From Lytechinus pictus (Eukaryota): a DNA stretch of 64,000 bases. The DNA lies in assembly GCF_037042905.1 (NCBI RefSeq), contig NC_087247.1:22816001-22880000 (forward strand). The letters run 5' to 3'. Position numbers and translations under genes: made by a program. Below, piece by piece: positions 39,208-50,059 of this stretch (positions are counted from its first letter, which is position 1; every line of letters begins with the position of its first letter). Below the pieces are notes generated by a model that made no database searches, was not told the DNA's origin, and saw nothing but the letters and a program-made list of their open reading frames with translations.

Positions 39208-41804
39208 TATAGAACGATTTTATAACTTTAAGTTTGGATGATGCCCTACAAAAATTATATTTCCTTTAATATCAAAGTTTTGTCTTAACTTCGTTTCAAA
39301 CACATCATTTACTTAACATCTTAAATACCGCATTCAATCAATAAAGACTGATAAAAATATAGAAGTAGACATATTTTATGTGCACTGATAATTGGGAGTA
39401 GCACTGTAACTGATTAAATATTAAATACCACCAGGCAGACACGTACTTGTCATATACCCGCATGTTCACAATAGCCTCATTTATAGGGAACATCAAAGTT
39501 ATGTTTTGATCGTTCTTAATGACAATCTTGAGTAGGCCTCAGTTGGTCATGTGATATCCATGTAATAGAATTTCGAAGGTTTAATGATATAAAGGAAAGA
39601 TAAACTTAAATTCGTCCTCATAGGCATATAATACCGATGCAGAATGATGGATATTGAAATACATACATGATATATGCATGCGTGTACGTATGGGTGTCTT
39701 GAGGATGTGAGGTTTGTGATTTTTCATTTAAAAAAATGGGAACCCAAAAAAAACTATAGTCTGAACTGCTTGAATAACTTGGACATTTTCTATCGATTTG
39801 ACTAAATTACTACTTTTTCTATATATGTTTAATGAATAATTCCATGAAGGCAAGCTTGACTAAAGATGATTACAGAAAAAAAATCCTTACACACACGAAA
39901 AAGTTATAACGAGGCCTATTAGGCCTTACATCAAAGAAAACCTACATATCAGTATTAAAGGGGGTAAAATATTCCAAATGTACATATTCCATTATCGATA
40001 CAATTTGAACTTAAAAGACCGAATTGACAATTCCCTTTTTTTTCTCTATATATTTTCTCTTTATTCACTGATGATTAATGTACTCAACTGCAAAAGATCA
40101 TCAAACAAAAAATAATCGAATAAAATGCAAATCAGGTATGTGGAGGTGTGCATGTGTGTTTTGCCGTGGCTGCCAATGTACAGACGTCCGAGGTACAGAA
40201 GTCCGACATTCGATTCCCGGTACTTTACATTGCCTTTTTTTTTTTTTTTTTTTTTTTACTCTAGATGAAAATAACATTGAAGCATCATTCACAAAACAAA
40301 AGGGTTGAGTTTTTCTGTAGATGTACATCTATTTTATATGATGAGCTCAAAGATTATGTTTCTAGTTTCTCGTGTCATTACCTACACATTAATGATTAGT
40401 CTTTGCACCCTCCTATATTCCCTCTCCTTGTACGACGAGCAAAATAATGACAACGCTGAATATTTTATACAAACGAATACCCCTTCGGGAAATTTGTAAA
40501 ATGTCTCCTTATGTCCATACAATGGCGATTGCATGTGGATTTTAATGGGAATCAAATTGGAAGAAAGGGTGAAGACAACAAGCCATTACCTTCCACCAAT
40601 CCGCCACAAAATAATGTTAGATACAGTTAAAACGATGAATGTTGTCGACAAGTCTATATGCTACTTGTTGCGCCAAATTTAAGCAAAGCGCTATTTATTT
40701 CATAAAACGGGAAAAAGTTGGTTCTATTGGCAAAAAACCACCAACCTTCTAGGAGTTAGTTATCTTGAATACAAAAGAACATAAGTTTTCATTAACGTTA
40801 TAAGAAAATTTGATATATTACCTCCTTCGTGCGATTCAAAGCAGTTACAGAGATTAGTTTCCAAGATCTTATATATGCAGGCTTCGATTTACAGTATATC
40901 CAGGGTAATAGTCACCTGAGGAGTATACAGTCCAACACCTATGTCTCAAGGTAGATTTCTCTTTCCGTAAGGTCCATCATCAAGAAAGGGTTGGTGAAAA
41001 AGAAGTATATTTCGCTGCTTTAGAAAAAAGAGATGAGTGGCGCCACCCGTGCCACAAAGTTCAATTAATAGTGAAGCAAAACACGGATAATAATTACATT
41101 TCACATCCTATATCGTCCATCTATCATCAAAACGCTAGCTAAATGTTGTCAGATGCCATTAGGGAATGGGGAAAAGTTCATCGCTGTTTAAGTTGATAAG
41201 TTAAACCGCGTTATAGGGGAGGAGGAAGCTTTAGTATATATGTAAAAGTTGAGAGCTGTAATGTGCGTTCGCGCAAGCCGTAATGCAACAAGCTTTACGT
41301 TATGAGAAAAACGTATGTGCCACTATGTCAACGCCAGCATTGCTCCTCCTCCACACCGTATAAATGCACATGATGAAATGAGACACTCGTCTACCAGGAT
41401 AATTATCCTGCTTTGGATACCAGTATTATTATTTGTTCTGTTGATCTTACGCATGACTATCCTTGGGCACTTTTTACTATACCATATACTCCATTTTCCA
41501 GCCAAGTCATCGTAAAAAAATAGTTCTATTTTTTTTTTTTATTCCTGAATGATTCGATGACTCTGTCGGCCAGAAGAAAGACTTTTCTATTTTTATACTT
41601 ATAAGACAGGTTTCAGTACTTGTAATAAGTATTATTGTTTGAGTACTTGTAAAAGGCCCTTATTCTAAGATTATAACCATCTATTGTGGATACCGAATGC
41701 GACAGTACTATTTCAAGTCAAGGGTCGCTGTGGTGTCAGTGAATGTGTTCAAAGCTCACTGCATGGGGTCGTTAATTTACGATATTACAAGTCCAAAAAA
41801 AATA

Positions 41805-41983
41805 CACAGTGAACACAAAATTAGCACATTGTTAAAGCCCGTCACTCTAACAACAAGTTGCACGAACTTTTAAACAAGTATTGTTTAGACTTGAAATTTT
41901 TTTTAAAATAAATTTTAAAGAAGAGTGTTAGAGTGACGGGGTTAAACAGTATGCTTAAAATTGTAAACAGCGTTTTTACAGTG
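41805..41983. mobile_element. Palindromic MITE; related copy at ~57900-58128
   Basis: CCCGTCACTCTAAC / GTTAGAGTGACGGG inverted core present in both copies. Confidence 0.6.
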
Positions 41984-42225
41984 CCTCTCTCTCTCTCTCT
42001 CTCTCTCTCCCTCTCTTTCTTTATCTTCTCCTTCCCTCTCCCTCGATCACATGGCCTGTCTCTCATGCAACCCCAAAAGCTTACCCAGTTGATTTGATTT
42101 TGAACTCTTGTATTATTGCAGCATTGTCATCATCGTTTCGGGATAATTCTACACTCCTACCTCCTTCTACCTCCTTCTATATTATCATAATGCTATATCA
42201 TTATAGTTCGTTTTTGTCATTATTA

Positions 42226-42471
42226 CACTGCAAAAAATCTGGTGTTGATTTAACACCAGCCCGGAATTTATATATGTCCACACCAGAGAAGTGTTAAACA
42301 ACACCAGTTTTGTTTTGGTCTAACACCAAATAGGTGTTTATACAACACCAATTAGTATCAAAACAGCATCGGTTTTATTCTAAACTGGTGTTGTTTCAAT
42401 ACTTTTCTGGTGTGGACATAATTATATAGATTCCGGGCTGGTGTTAAGTCAACACCGGAGTTTTTGCAGTG
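42226..42471. mobile_element. TA-flanked MITE with long TIRs
   Basis: TA|CACTGCAAAAAATCTGGTGTTGATTTAACACCAGCCCGGAAT inverted at the right end, ending GCAGTG|TA. Confidence 0.85.
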
Positions 42472-42529
42472 TAATGGTATAGTTATTGTTGATATTACTA
42501 CTATTTCGTGTTAATCTCATCGTTATTTC

Positions 42530-42757
42530 ATTATCATCAGCATCATCATCATTATACCATCAGCATCAGTATCATCATAATCATCATCAATATCATAATC
42601 ATCACCATCACCGCCATCATCATCAGTATCATAATAACCTTCATCATCATCATCTTCTCTTCTTCTTCTCCTTCTTCATTATCATCATCACCATCACCAC
42701 CACCACCACCATCATCACCACCTTTATCATCATCACCACCATCTTCATCACCATCAG
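42530..42757. repeat. Degenerate (CAT)n/(CAC)n microsatellite
   Basis: Direct reading; explains the poly-His and poly-Ile spurious ORFs. Confidence 0.9.
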
Positions 42758-42981
42758 TATAGTCATATTTCAGTATATACCCAACATTTGGAAATTAGAT
42801 ATGCTTTATGAATTCTCACATGAACGCATTTGGAGTGTAACCTTTTTCCTAATACTCTACATATAAAAACTTTTGATTTCAATGCAATCTATACGTGTAC
42901 ATCTCGAATGACTTGCGCTTGACATCCATCTGAAATTCGTTTATAATAGGCGCCACCAAGTGTTTAAAGCTATACACTATA

Positions 42982-45384
42982 CAGTGCGTCCCAGAAAAAA
43001 ACGAAACCGAGATTTAGCGATGATTTATCATAACTTAATCATATATAAAATAGACAAATTACCTACCAATCAGTGGCGTAACAGGCGGGGGGCAGGGGGG
43101 CAAGCTGCCCCCCCCTGACGGAGCTCACCGGGAAAAAAAAACGGGAAAAAAAAAGGGGGGAGGGAAGGGAAAGGGGAAGGAAAGAAAAAAGGGGAAAGGA
43201 AAAGGGAAAAGAAAACTAAGAAAAAACATAAAAAAGGGAAAACGGAAAGATAACGGGAAAAGGAAGGAAAAAAAACAAGTGAGAAAGAACAATTCGCGCC
43301 GATATACAAATACATTAGCATGATTAGTAAGACAGGAAAATAAATCAAAGATGACAAAAAGGCAAACAAAAGCGGGAAATAATGGCAGAATGGAATTAGC
43401 CAAAATCTAAATTGGAAAATAAAGAATAGGGACAAGATAACGTACACTACCGGGCTGCCGAGGATTGAGATAACGAGCGGGAAGAAAAATGGATGGTATA
43501 TAGCATAATGTCGTAGGAAAGTCTATCATAAACTTGCTAAATCTCCAAAAACTCTGTCCAAGAGTCAAGACCCCGTGCAGTGGGGGCTCTTCATCTGTAA
43601 CCTTTAATGGGTTCTATAACGGGCCCCTATATGGACCCTTCCTGCATTAAGCTTTACGTTGAAGAACTGGCGTAACGGGGGTGGTTCCACAGCCAAGGGG
43701 ACCGGCAAGGGGAAATAAAAGAAAATAAAGGAGGCAGCGAAATGAGATGAATGAAAAAAATATATGACATGATATTTGCTATAATGATGTAAAAATCTAT
43801 CACATAATTAGAATTTCATTTTAACAGGCCATTTTTTTCTGGCTCGCTTCGCTCGCTGGCGACTTTTTATAAATTTTCCCACATTTGCTATGGTGTGCCC
43901 CTCACAATATTTGGATGATTACGATACACAACTGTATTGAATTTATGTGTTGTGTTAAAGCTATATAAATATACACGCAATTTGATTAAAATGAGTGGCC
44001 ATCTGTAAGGTTTAAAATGGCTTTGATATCAAGAGGTTCCGGGGCTCTGCCCTGGACCCCACCCATAAAGCACTGTTATATGGATGAGTTTGGACCATGG
44101 CCCCCAAAAGTTCTACAACCAAACAAAAAAAAATGAGGAAAGAAAGGAAAGTGTATTATATTTTTTTGAATATTACGTTAAAATCTATCTTCATGTTAGA
44201 TTCTCATGAAAAGGTGATTTTTTTTATCTCGCTCGCTTCGCTCTCTTAGGACCTATATTAGGCTACTTCTTGCCAGAAGCGCCATACTCGGCCCCCTCGA
44301 GCATATAGAGCTTCGCCCTGATGCTCACAATCATAACAAAAATCCTGTTCACCGTGGCGTACAAAAAAAAGAGAGAAAAAAGGAGAGGAGGGTGAAATAT
44401 GATATCATCTTTTTAACATTATTTCAAAATCTATCACAAAATTGGATTTTTGCAATAAAAATGTCAAAAAATTTTGCTCGCTCGCTTCGCTCGCTCGCTT
44501 ATATATATATATATATATTTGCCCGATACGCCATATCGCCCCTCAAAATTTTTGCCTTATGACGCCATTGCCTGTTCCATGATATGACCGGGAAATTTTT
44601 GGCTCTTGCCCCCCCCCCTGGCCACCGACCCCTGTTACGCCGCTGCTACCAATGTAAAGCTTAGAATCTCTTCTTTCATATGGTATTACTTAGATTATTC
44701 CTCATTCACGCATGATTGAGCAAAAACAATTCGAAGAAAGGATGCCAAAAACTCATTTGGCGGGGGGTATCTGAATTTCAAATAGAAAATCACATGACTA
44801 AAAAGTTCAATATCTTCTCTTTTCTTTGATACCTAAATCACAGAAAATGGTCAAGTAGTAAAAAAGTTATGATCCCTCGAAACAATGCTTGTATTTCCAT
44901 AATTTCATTAAATAAACGTGTTTTCACCGGTTTCCCACTGAAGCTATCGCACGGTAACAAAAGACTTAATGCATGGCTGAGCGTCAACAAAACGGAGTGT
45001 CGAGTGAGTTTGAACGCTAGCCTGTAAAACCTCTTCATTTTATGAAATTATTGAAATTCAAGCCTTATTTCAAATAACCAGAACTTTGTTATTTCTTGAC
45101 CATTTTCTGTAATTGAGGTATCAAATTAAAGAGCAGATATTGAAGTTTTTTAAGAATGTGGTTTTCTTTTTAAAACCCAGATACGGCCCGCCAAGTGACT
45201 TTTTGGTATCCCCTTTTCAAATTGTTTTGCTCACTCATGCGTGAATGAGAAATAATTTAAGTAATTTCAGATGAAAGAGGAGATTCTAAGCTTTAAAATG
45301 GTAGGTCATTTGTCTATTGTATCTGCGATTAAGTTATGATAAATCATCGATAAATCTCGGTTTCGTTTTTTGTGGGACGCACTG
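42982..45384. mobile_element. Tc1/mariner-like foldback MITE with long TIRs, interrupted by a hAT-like insertion
   Basis: TA|CAGTGCGTCCCAGAAAAAAACGAAACCGAGATTTA ... TAAATCTCGGTTTCGTTTTTTGTGGGACGCACTG|TA; the left arm resumes at 44646. Confidence 0.85.
43071..44645. mobile_element. hAT-like non-autonomous element (1575 bp) with perfect 8-bp TSD
   Basis: CTACCAAT|CAGTGGCGTAACAGG ... CCTGTTACGCCGCTG|CTACCAAT. Confidence 0.9.
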
Positions 45385-46148
45385 TATAACTCCCTGTTTG
45401 CGAATGATTTCCGCGGTTTGTTGAGTTTTCTTGATTACTCATTGAGCTGTGTAAAGCATCGAAAATGATTTTCTGAGACAAAAATGATTGAGTTTGTTTT
45501 GTAGGTATGTGAGTACATGTCATGAAGTAGGTGTATAATTTGAATAACCCGATGTGTAAGGCGTCCTCCTCACGAAATTGAAAATGAATGTAAATATGAC
45601 AAAAAAAGAAGAATGCGAATGTAATTCTGTACATTATAAAGAAGCGAGATGCCAAATTTGTTGCATTAAAAAATCATTTCTTCAAAAAATAAAAATGCAT
45701 ATTATGTATAGGTCCATATTCATACACTCCAGCTTATGTACCCGATAAAACTTTAAATACAAGCATTTTCGTAGATAAATTATATTCCTTAACATATCAG
45801 TATGGGACCATGTCGACCATATTGCCGAAAATCTTATTATAATAAGAGCTTGTAATAGGCTTGTGCATGATCGTTACTGTTACCCACATCAGAAACACGA
45901 TGTATTCCAAATTGTCAAACCATAAACAATGTCCAAACAATATGAACACAGTATACCATAATAAAATGCTGCTTTCGTATATACACAGTTGTATATGCAC
46001 ACTGGTTTGGTAACGTGAAGGGGCTTCAATGTTGGTTTTACTGGGAACTAAAGTGTTTTTTTTTTCTGACATTTGGCAGCGGGTTCGAAGTATTCCAGCA
46101 GACGGGTGCAAGCAATTTTCATTTAAAAATGTTCGTTCTCATTACAGA

Positions 46149-46667
46149 TCAAGCAACGGATTCGTCATAATCAAAGTGAGAAACGTTGATGTCAACCTGT
46201 GTCATACCATCGATATCGTCTATTTCTATGACATCAAATCTATCCTTTTCATCGTCGTCGTCATCGTCCGCGTTGCAGCAGCACTTGGGGGATAACTTGG
46301 TGAAGAATTCCTGGATGTTTCTAAACATGATGGACCAGATGAACCCTTCAATGGGTAGGGTGATGCTGAAGATGGACAACAGCGTGATGACACCGTGCAG
46401 GGTTTCTTCTTCGCCTGAAAAGAAGTGAGTGGCGAGGCTCTTGGCGATGAACCAGTTAGGTGTGCCGACGGCCAAGGAGATGGCGCTGCACACCTGAAAT
46501 GGAAGGTTGAAGAGGAGGGAGAGGAAGAGTCCACAGAAGAACCCAGATAGAGGAAGGACGATGGCGGCCACCCAGATCTGCCATTCGGCGTCGAAATCTC
46601 CAGGATAGGCAATACCGCTCAGGATTGGACTGACAATGACAGCCACCCAAAAGGCATTGCTGCATAC
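46149..46667 (-). CDS. SLC10A-like: SLC10-like paralog B, last coding exon
   Basis: cttgatag|GTA TGC AGC, phase 0, 519 nt to TGA; collinear with the paralog A exon (SLAVGTPNWFIA and PIEGFIWS identical). Confidence 0.9.
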   Translation of the reverse strand, partial: VCSNAFWVAVIVSPILSGIAYPGDFDAEWQIWVAAIVLPLSGFFCGLFLSLLFNLPFQVCSAISLAVGTPNWFIAKSLATHFFSGEEETLHGVITLLSIFSITLPIEGFIWSIMFRNIQEFFTKLSPKCCCNADDDDDDEKDRFDVIEIDDIDGMTQVDINVSHFDYDESVA

Positions 46668-46810
46668 CTATCAAGACATTAAGGAAAGAGGGATGTCATC
46701 GTGTAATGTACATATGAATATAGGAATAGAAAGAAGTAACAGGGATGCATAGTGAGAAACAGTGGTTTGGTAGAGTGGAAACAGAGGAGAGACGTTGACA
46801 TTAAAAGTTA

Positions 46811-47431
46811 GGCTTAAGTCACAACTCAGAGCGGCGACCGACCGATTAGTAGCCTGCTCGGGCGCCGCTGGAATTTAGGCATCGCCGAACGATTTTTGTA
46901 GAAGTCGAGCGGGCTTTGAAAATACTTAGCGGTAGCCGAGCAGTGCCCGGTCGATTACCCATTACTCAAGGCCAAATCTGTGTCAAATCTTATCTGTTTA
47001 GCATCCGAGCAGTGATCGGCTGACGACATACCGATTACCGGGCGGTCTCCCACCGGCCACCGGCCTATTTTTAAGGTAATCGGCCGTTCGACCTTGAATT
47101 CGCCGCGAGATCATCGACCGATCTCTGGCCGGCCAGCGGTCGGCGACCGCTCGACAGCTGTTGATCCAACGAGTTCAAATTTCGACCTAAATCGTTCGAC
47201 GGCGTCCGCTCGATTACGTCGACGCCCGGACGGTTGGGCCGAGCGTATTTCAGGCGGCGAGTGAAAAGTGAGCAGGCGCCGTCAGAATTTTAACTCCGCG
47301 CCAAATCATGAGCGGCGACCGAGCGATGCCCCCAAAACCAGTGGTGCCCGGACGGTCGCCGGTCGGTGCCCGGGCGAAAATTGGCTAAAAACTCGCCGAG
47401 CAGGTTAAATTTTGGAGTTGTGACCTTAGCC
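46811..47431. mobile_element. GC/CpG-rich PIF/Harbinger-like MITE in an intron of paralog B
   Basis: TTA|GGCTTAAGTCACAACTC ... GAGTTGTGACCTTAGCC|ATA; sharp GC rise between the termini. Confidence 0.7.
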
Positions 47432-47768
47432 ATAGCGAAGTATTGGAGGAAAGGGGTGACGGAAACTTTATTAGGTATAGGGGAAATGGAGATAGACAAG
47501 ATAGCAAGATCATGATCGAGGGCGGTATAGAAAGAGGGAAAGCAAGGGACGAGAAAGGAAAAAAGGGGGACAGGTAGACAGTCACCAAACCATAAAGAGT
47601 AAGGACAGAATATTTGTGGGAAGGTCAAAGGAAAGGAAAAAATACCGATACCCCCGGAAACAGGACAAGAATCGGGAACTCTGAAAATTGAAATAAACTC
47701 GATGTTAGAGGGCGTTCTGAGGATACGGAAAACATTAGATTGATTCAAAGTACTCACAGTCATCTTAA

Positions 47769-48376
47769 AGGACAAGTCTACCCCAACAAAATATTGATTC
47801 AAATAAAAAGAGAAAAATCCACCAAGCATAACACTAAAAATTTCATCAAAATCGGATGTAAAATAAGAAAGTTATGACATTTTAAAGTTTCGCTTAATTT
47901 TACAAAACAGTTATATTCACATCCTTGTCAGTATGCACATGAGGAGACTGATGACATCACTCACTCACTATTTCTTTTGTATTTTATTATACAAATTATG
48001 AAATATTCCATTTTCTCTCTATTTTCGTGTGAAACAACAATTAATTCCTCCCTGAACATGTGTAATTAGCATTGTTTAATACTATATGGTTCAATCAAGT
48101 TGGACCTTATCGTCAAATCTGTATAAAAGAGGAAATATTGTATAATTCAAACAATAAAACACAAAAGAAATAGTGAGTGATGGACATCATCGACTGTCTC
48201 ATTTGCATGTCACCGAGTTGTGCATATCACTATTTTGTTGAAAATAAGTGAAACTTTAAAATGTCATAACTTTCTTATTTTACATCCGATTTTGATAAAA
48301 TTCTCAGCATAATGATTGTTTGATTTTTTTTTCTCTTTTTATTCAAATAAACATTTTTCTGGGGTGGACTTGACCT
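47769..48376. mobile_element. Kolobok-like MITE family 2, copy 2, with TTAA TSD
   Basis: TTAA|AGGACAAGTCTACCCCA ... TGGGGTGGACTTGACCT|TTAA. Confidence 0.88.
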
Positions 48377-48385
48377 TTAAATTAC

Positions 48386-48596
48386 CTTTGCCATTAGTCT
48401 AGCATTCTTCTTCCCATATAATCTCTTGTATAAGAGACCCAGAGCTGTGGGTATGAAGATTTCTACTTCAGCAAGGACGATGTCAGATGGGGTTCCAATG
48501 ACGTAATACTCTTGGGTCCAGGAACTAGAGTAGAGGGAGAACCAAAACGGAATCAACCCCACGGATAGGGCTGTAGAGAACATGGCCAAAGATAAC
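48386..48596 (-). CDS. SLC10A-like: SLC10-like paralog B, 211-nt middle exon
   Basis: caacccag|G TTA TCT... to ...GCA AAG|gtaatt; same length and phase as in paralog A; LSLAMFSTALSVGLIPFWFSLYSSSW. Confidence 0.9.
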
Positions 48597-48891
48597 CTGG
48601 GTTGAATATGAAAGGGGATAAGACAGTGTAAGAACAAAATCAATAACAAGAAAAGTGTCTAGACCTAATACATCACTTCTTTTGTGATTTTTTTTATTCC
48701 TCTAAATCTTTTTCTTTCTCAGTAAATTCCAGGAAAATATTGTCGTGTAGATACGTCATCATTGGAAAGCAATTTCTATCATTCGATTTCAATCTTGATT
48801 GACAAAATAAATCTTCATCAAGTAGGCCGCTTTTCTTCGGCAACATTAACATTTATGACGGAATCGAAGGCAATTCTTAATAACATTACTG

Positions 48892-49721
48892 AACAAGTGG
48901 AATGACTCTGGCGGTCTCACCTGATTCACGCGATTCAATATAACAGCAGTGCTGACTTTGAAAACTACAATAAAATAATTATTTAAAGAAAACACCATTC
49001 ATATAATGATACAATACTACGTTCATTGACATTTGACCTTGATCATGTGACCTAAAACTTGTCAGTGATACTTGATTACCCCTATATCCACAATTTATAC
49101 ACTATATCTATAAACTTTGAAAGTTATGACAGCAATCTAATAATTACATCTAAAACGGCCAAAGTCCATTGACCTTAAATTACCTTTGACCTTGGTCATG
49201 TGACCTGAAACTCGCACAGGATGTTTAAAGATACTTGATTACTCTTATGTCCAAGTTTAATGAATCAGATCCATAAACTTTCGAATTTATGATGGTAATT
49301 CAACAGATACCCCCATTATGGCCAAAGTTCATTGACCTTTGACCTTGGTCATGTGACCTGAAATGCGCACAGGATGTTCAGTGATACTTGATTACTTTTA
49401 TGTCCAAGGTTCATGAATCAGATCCATAAACTTTCAAAGTTATGATGGTAATTCAACAGATACCCCCAATTTTGCCAAAGTTCATTGACCCTATATGACC
49501 TTTGACCTTGGTCATGTGACGTGAAACTCAATAAGGATGTTCAATAATACTTGATCAACCTTATGTCCAAGTTTCATGAACTATAGGTCTATATATTTTC
49601 TAAGTTATGCTGTCATTTCAAAAACTTAACCTTCGGTTAAGATTTGGTTTTGACGCCGCCGCCGCCGTCGGAAAAGCGGCGCCTATAGTCTCACTCTGCT
49701 ATGCAGGTGAGACAACAAAAA
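48892..49721 (+). mobile_element. Helentron-associated (HINE/DINE-1-like) non-autonomous element with internal ~145-bp tandem repeats
   Basis: Starts AACAAG; sub-terminal IR GTCTCACCTG / CAGGTGAGAC; ~4 TGACCTTTGACC-containing units; (GCC)n; 3' stem-loop GTCTCAC..GTGAGAC followed by an A-tract. Confidence 0.7.
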
Positions 49722-49751
49722 TGGCCAAAGCAAGAAGTTTTATTTACGCAC

Positions 49752-50059
49752 CCGACCATGACAACTCCTTCGCCATAGTAGACGAACACGGCACAGAAGG
49801 GAGATACCGGGCAACACGAAAGAATGATCATGGCCATGGCATCGAAGACGTCCATCTGGAGCAGGAGAGCGAGCCCGTACCCGATCAGGGGTAGGAAGAG
49901 GGATTGGAAAGCGATGCCAATCACCACGCTTTTGGAGAGATGTTTGTCTTTATCAGAGAAATCCTTGATTGAGATGACACAACCCATGGAGAATAAAGCA
50001 ACAGCAATTCCAGTATAGCTGATATAAAAGCTAACAGTCGATAGGGTGTGCTCGAACGC
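49752..50059 (-). CDS. SLC10A-like: SLC10-like paralog B, exon homologous to the first coding exon of A; no start codon at the exon start, so upstream exon(s) are required
   Basis: aaaacag|GCG TTC GAG CAC... to ...GTC GG|gtgcgt (phases 0 and 2); LFSMGC, AFQSLFLPLIGY, SCCPVSPFC. Confidence 0.88.

Noticed and set aside
42486-42866. His-rich and Ile/Ser-rich ORFs
   Set aside because: Translation of a (CAT)n microsatellite.
43070-43447. Phe-rich membrane-protein-like ORFs
   Set aside because: Translation of the purine/pyrimidine tract of a hAT-like element.
47290-47829. 179-aa ORF in a paralog B intron
   Set aside because: It spans two unrelated MITEs and low-complexity intron sequence, and has no counterpart in paralog A.
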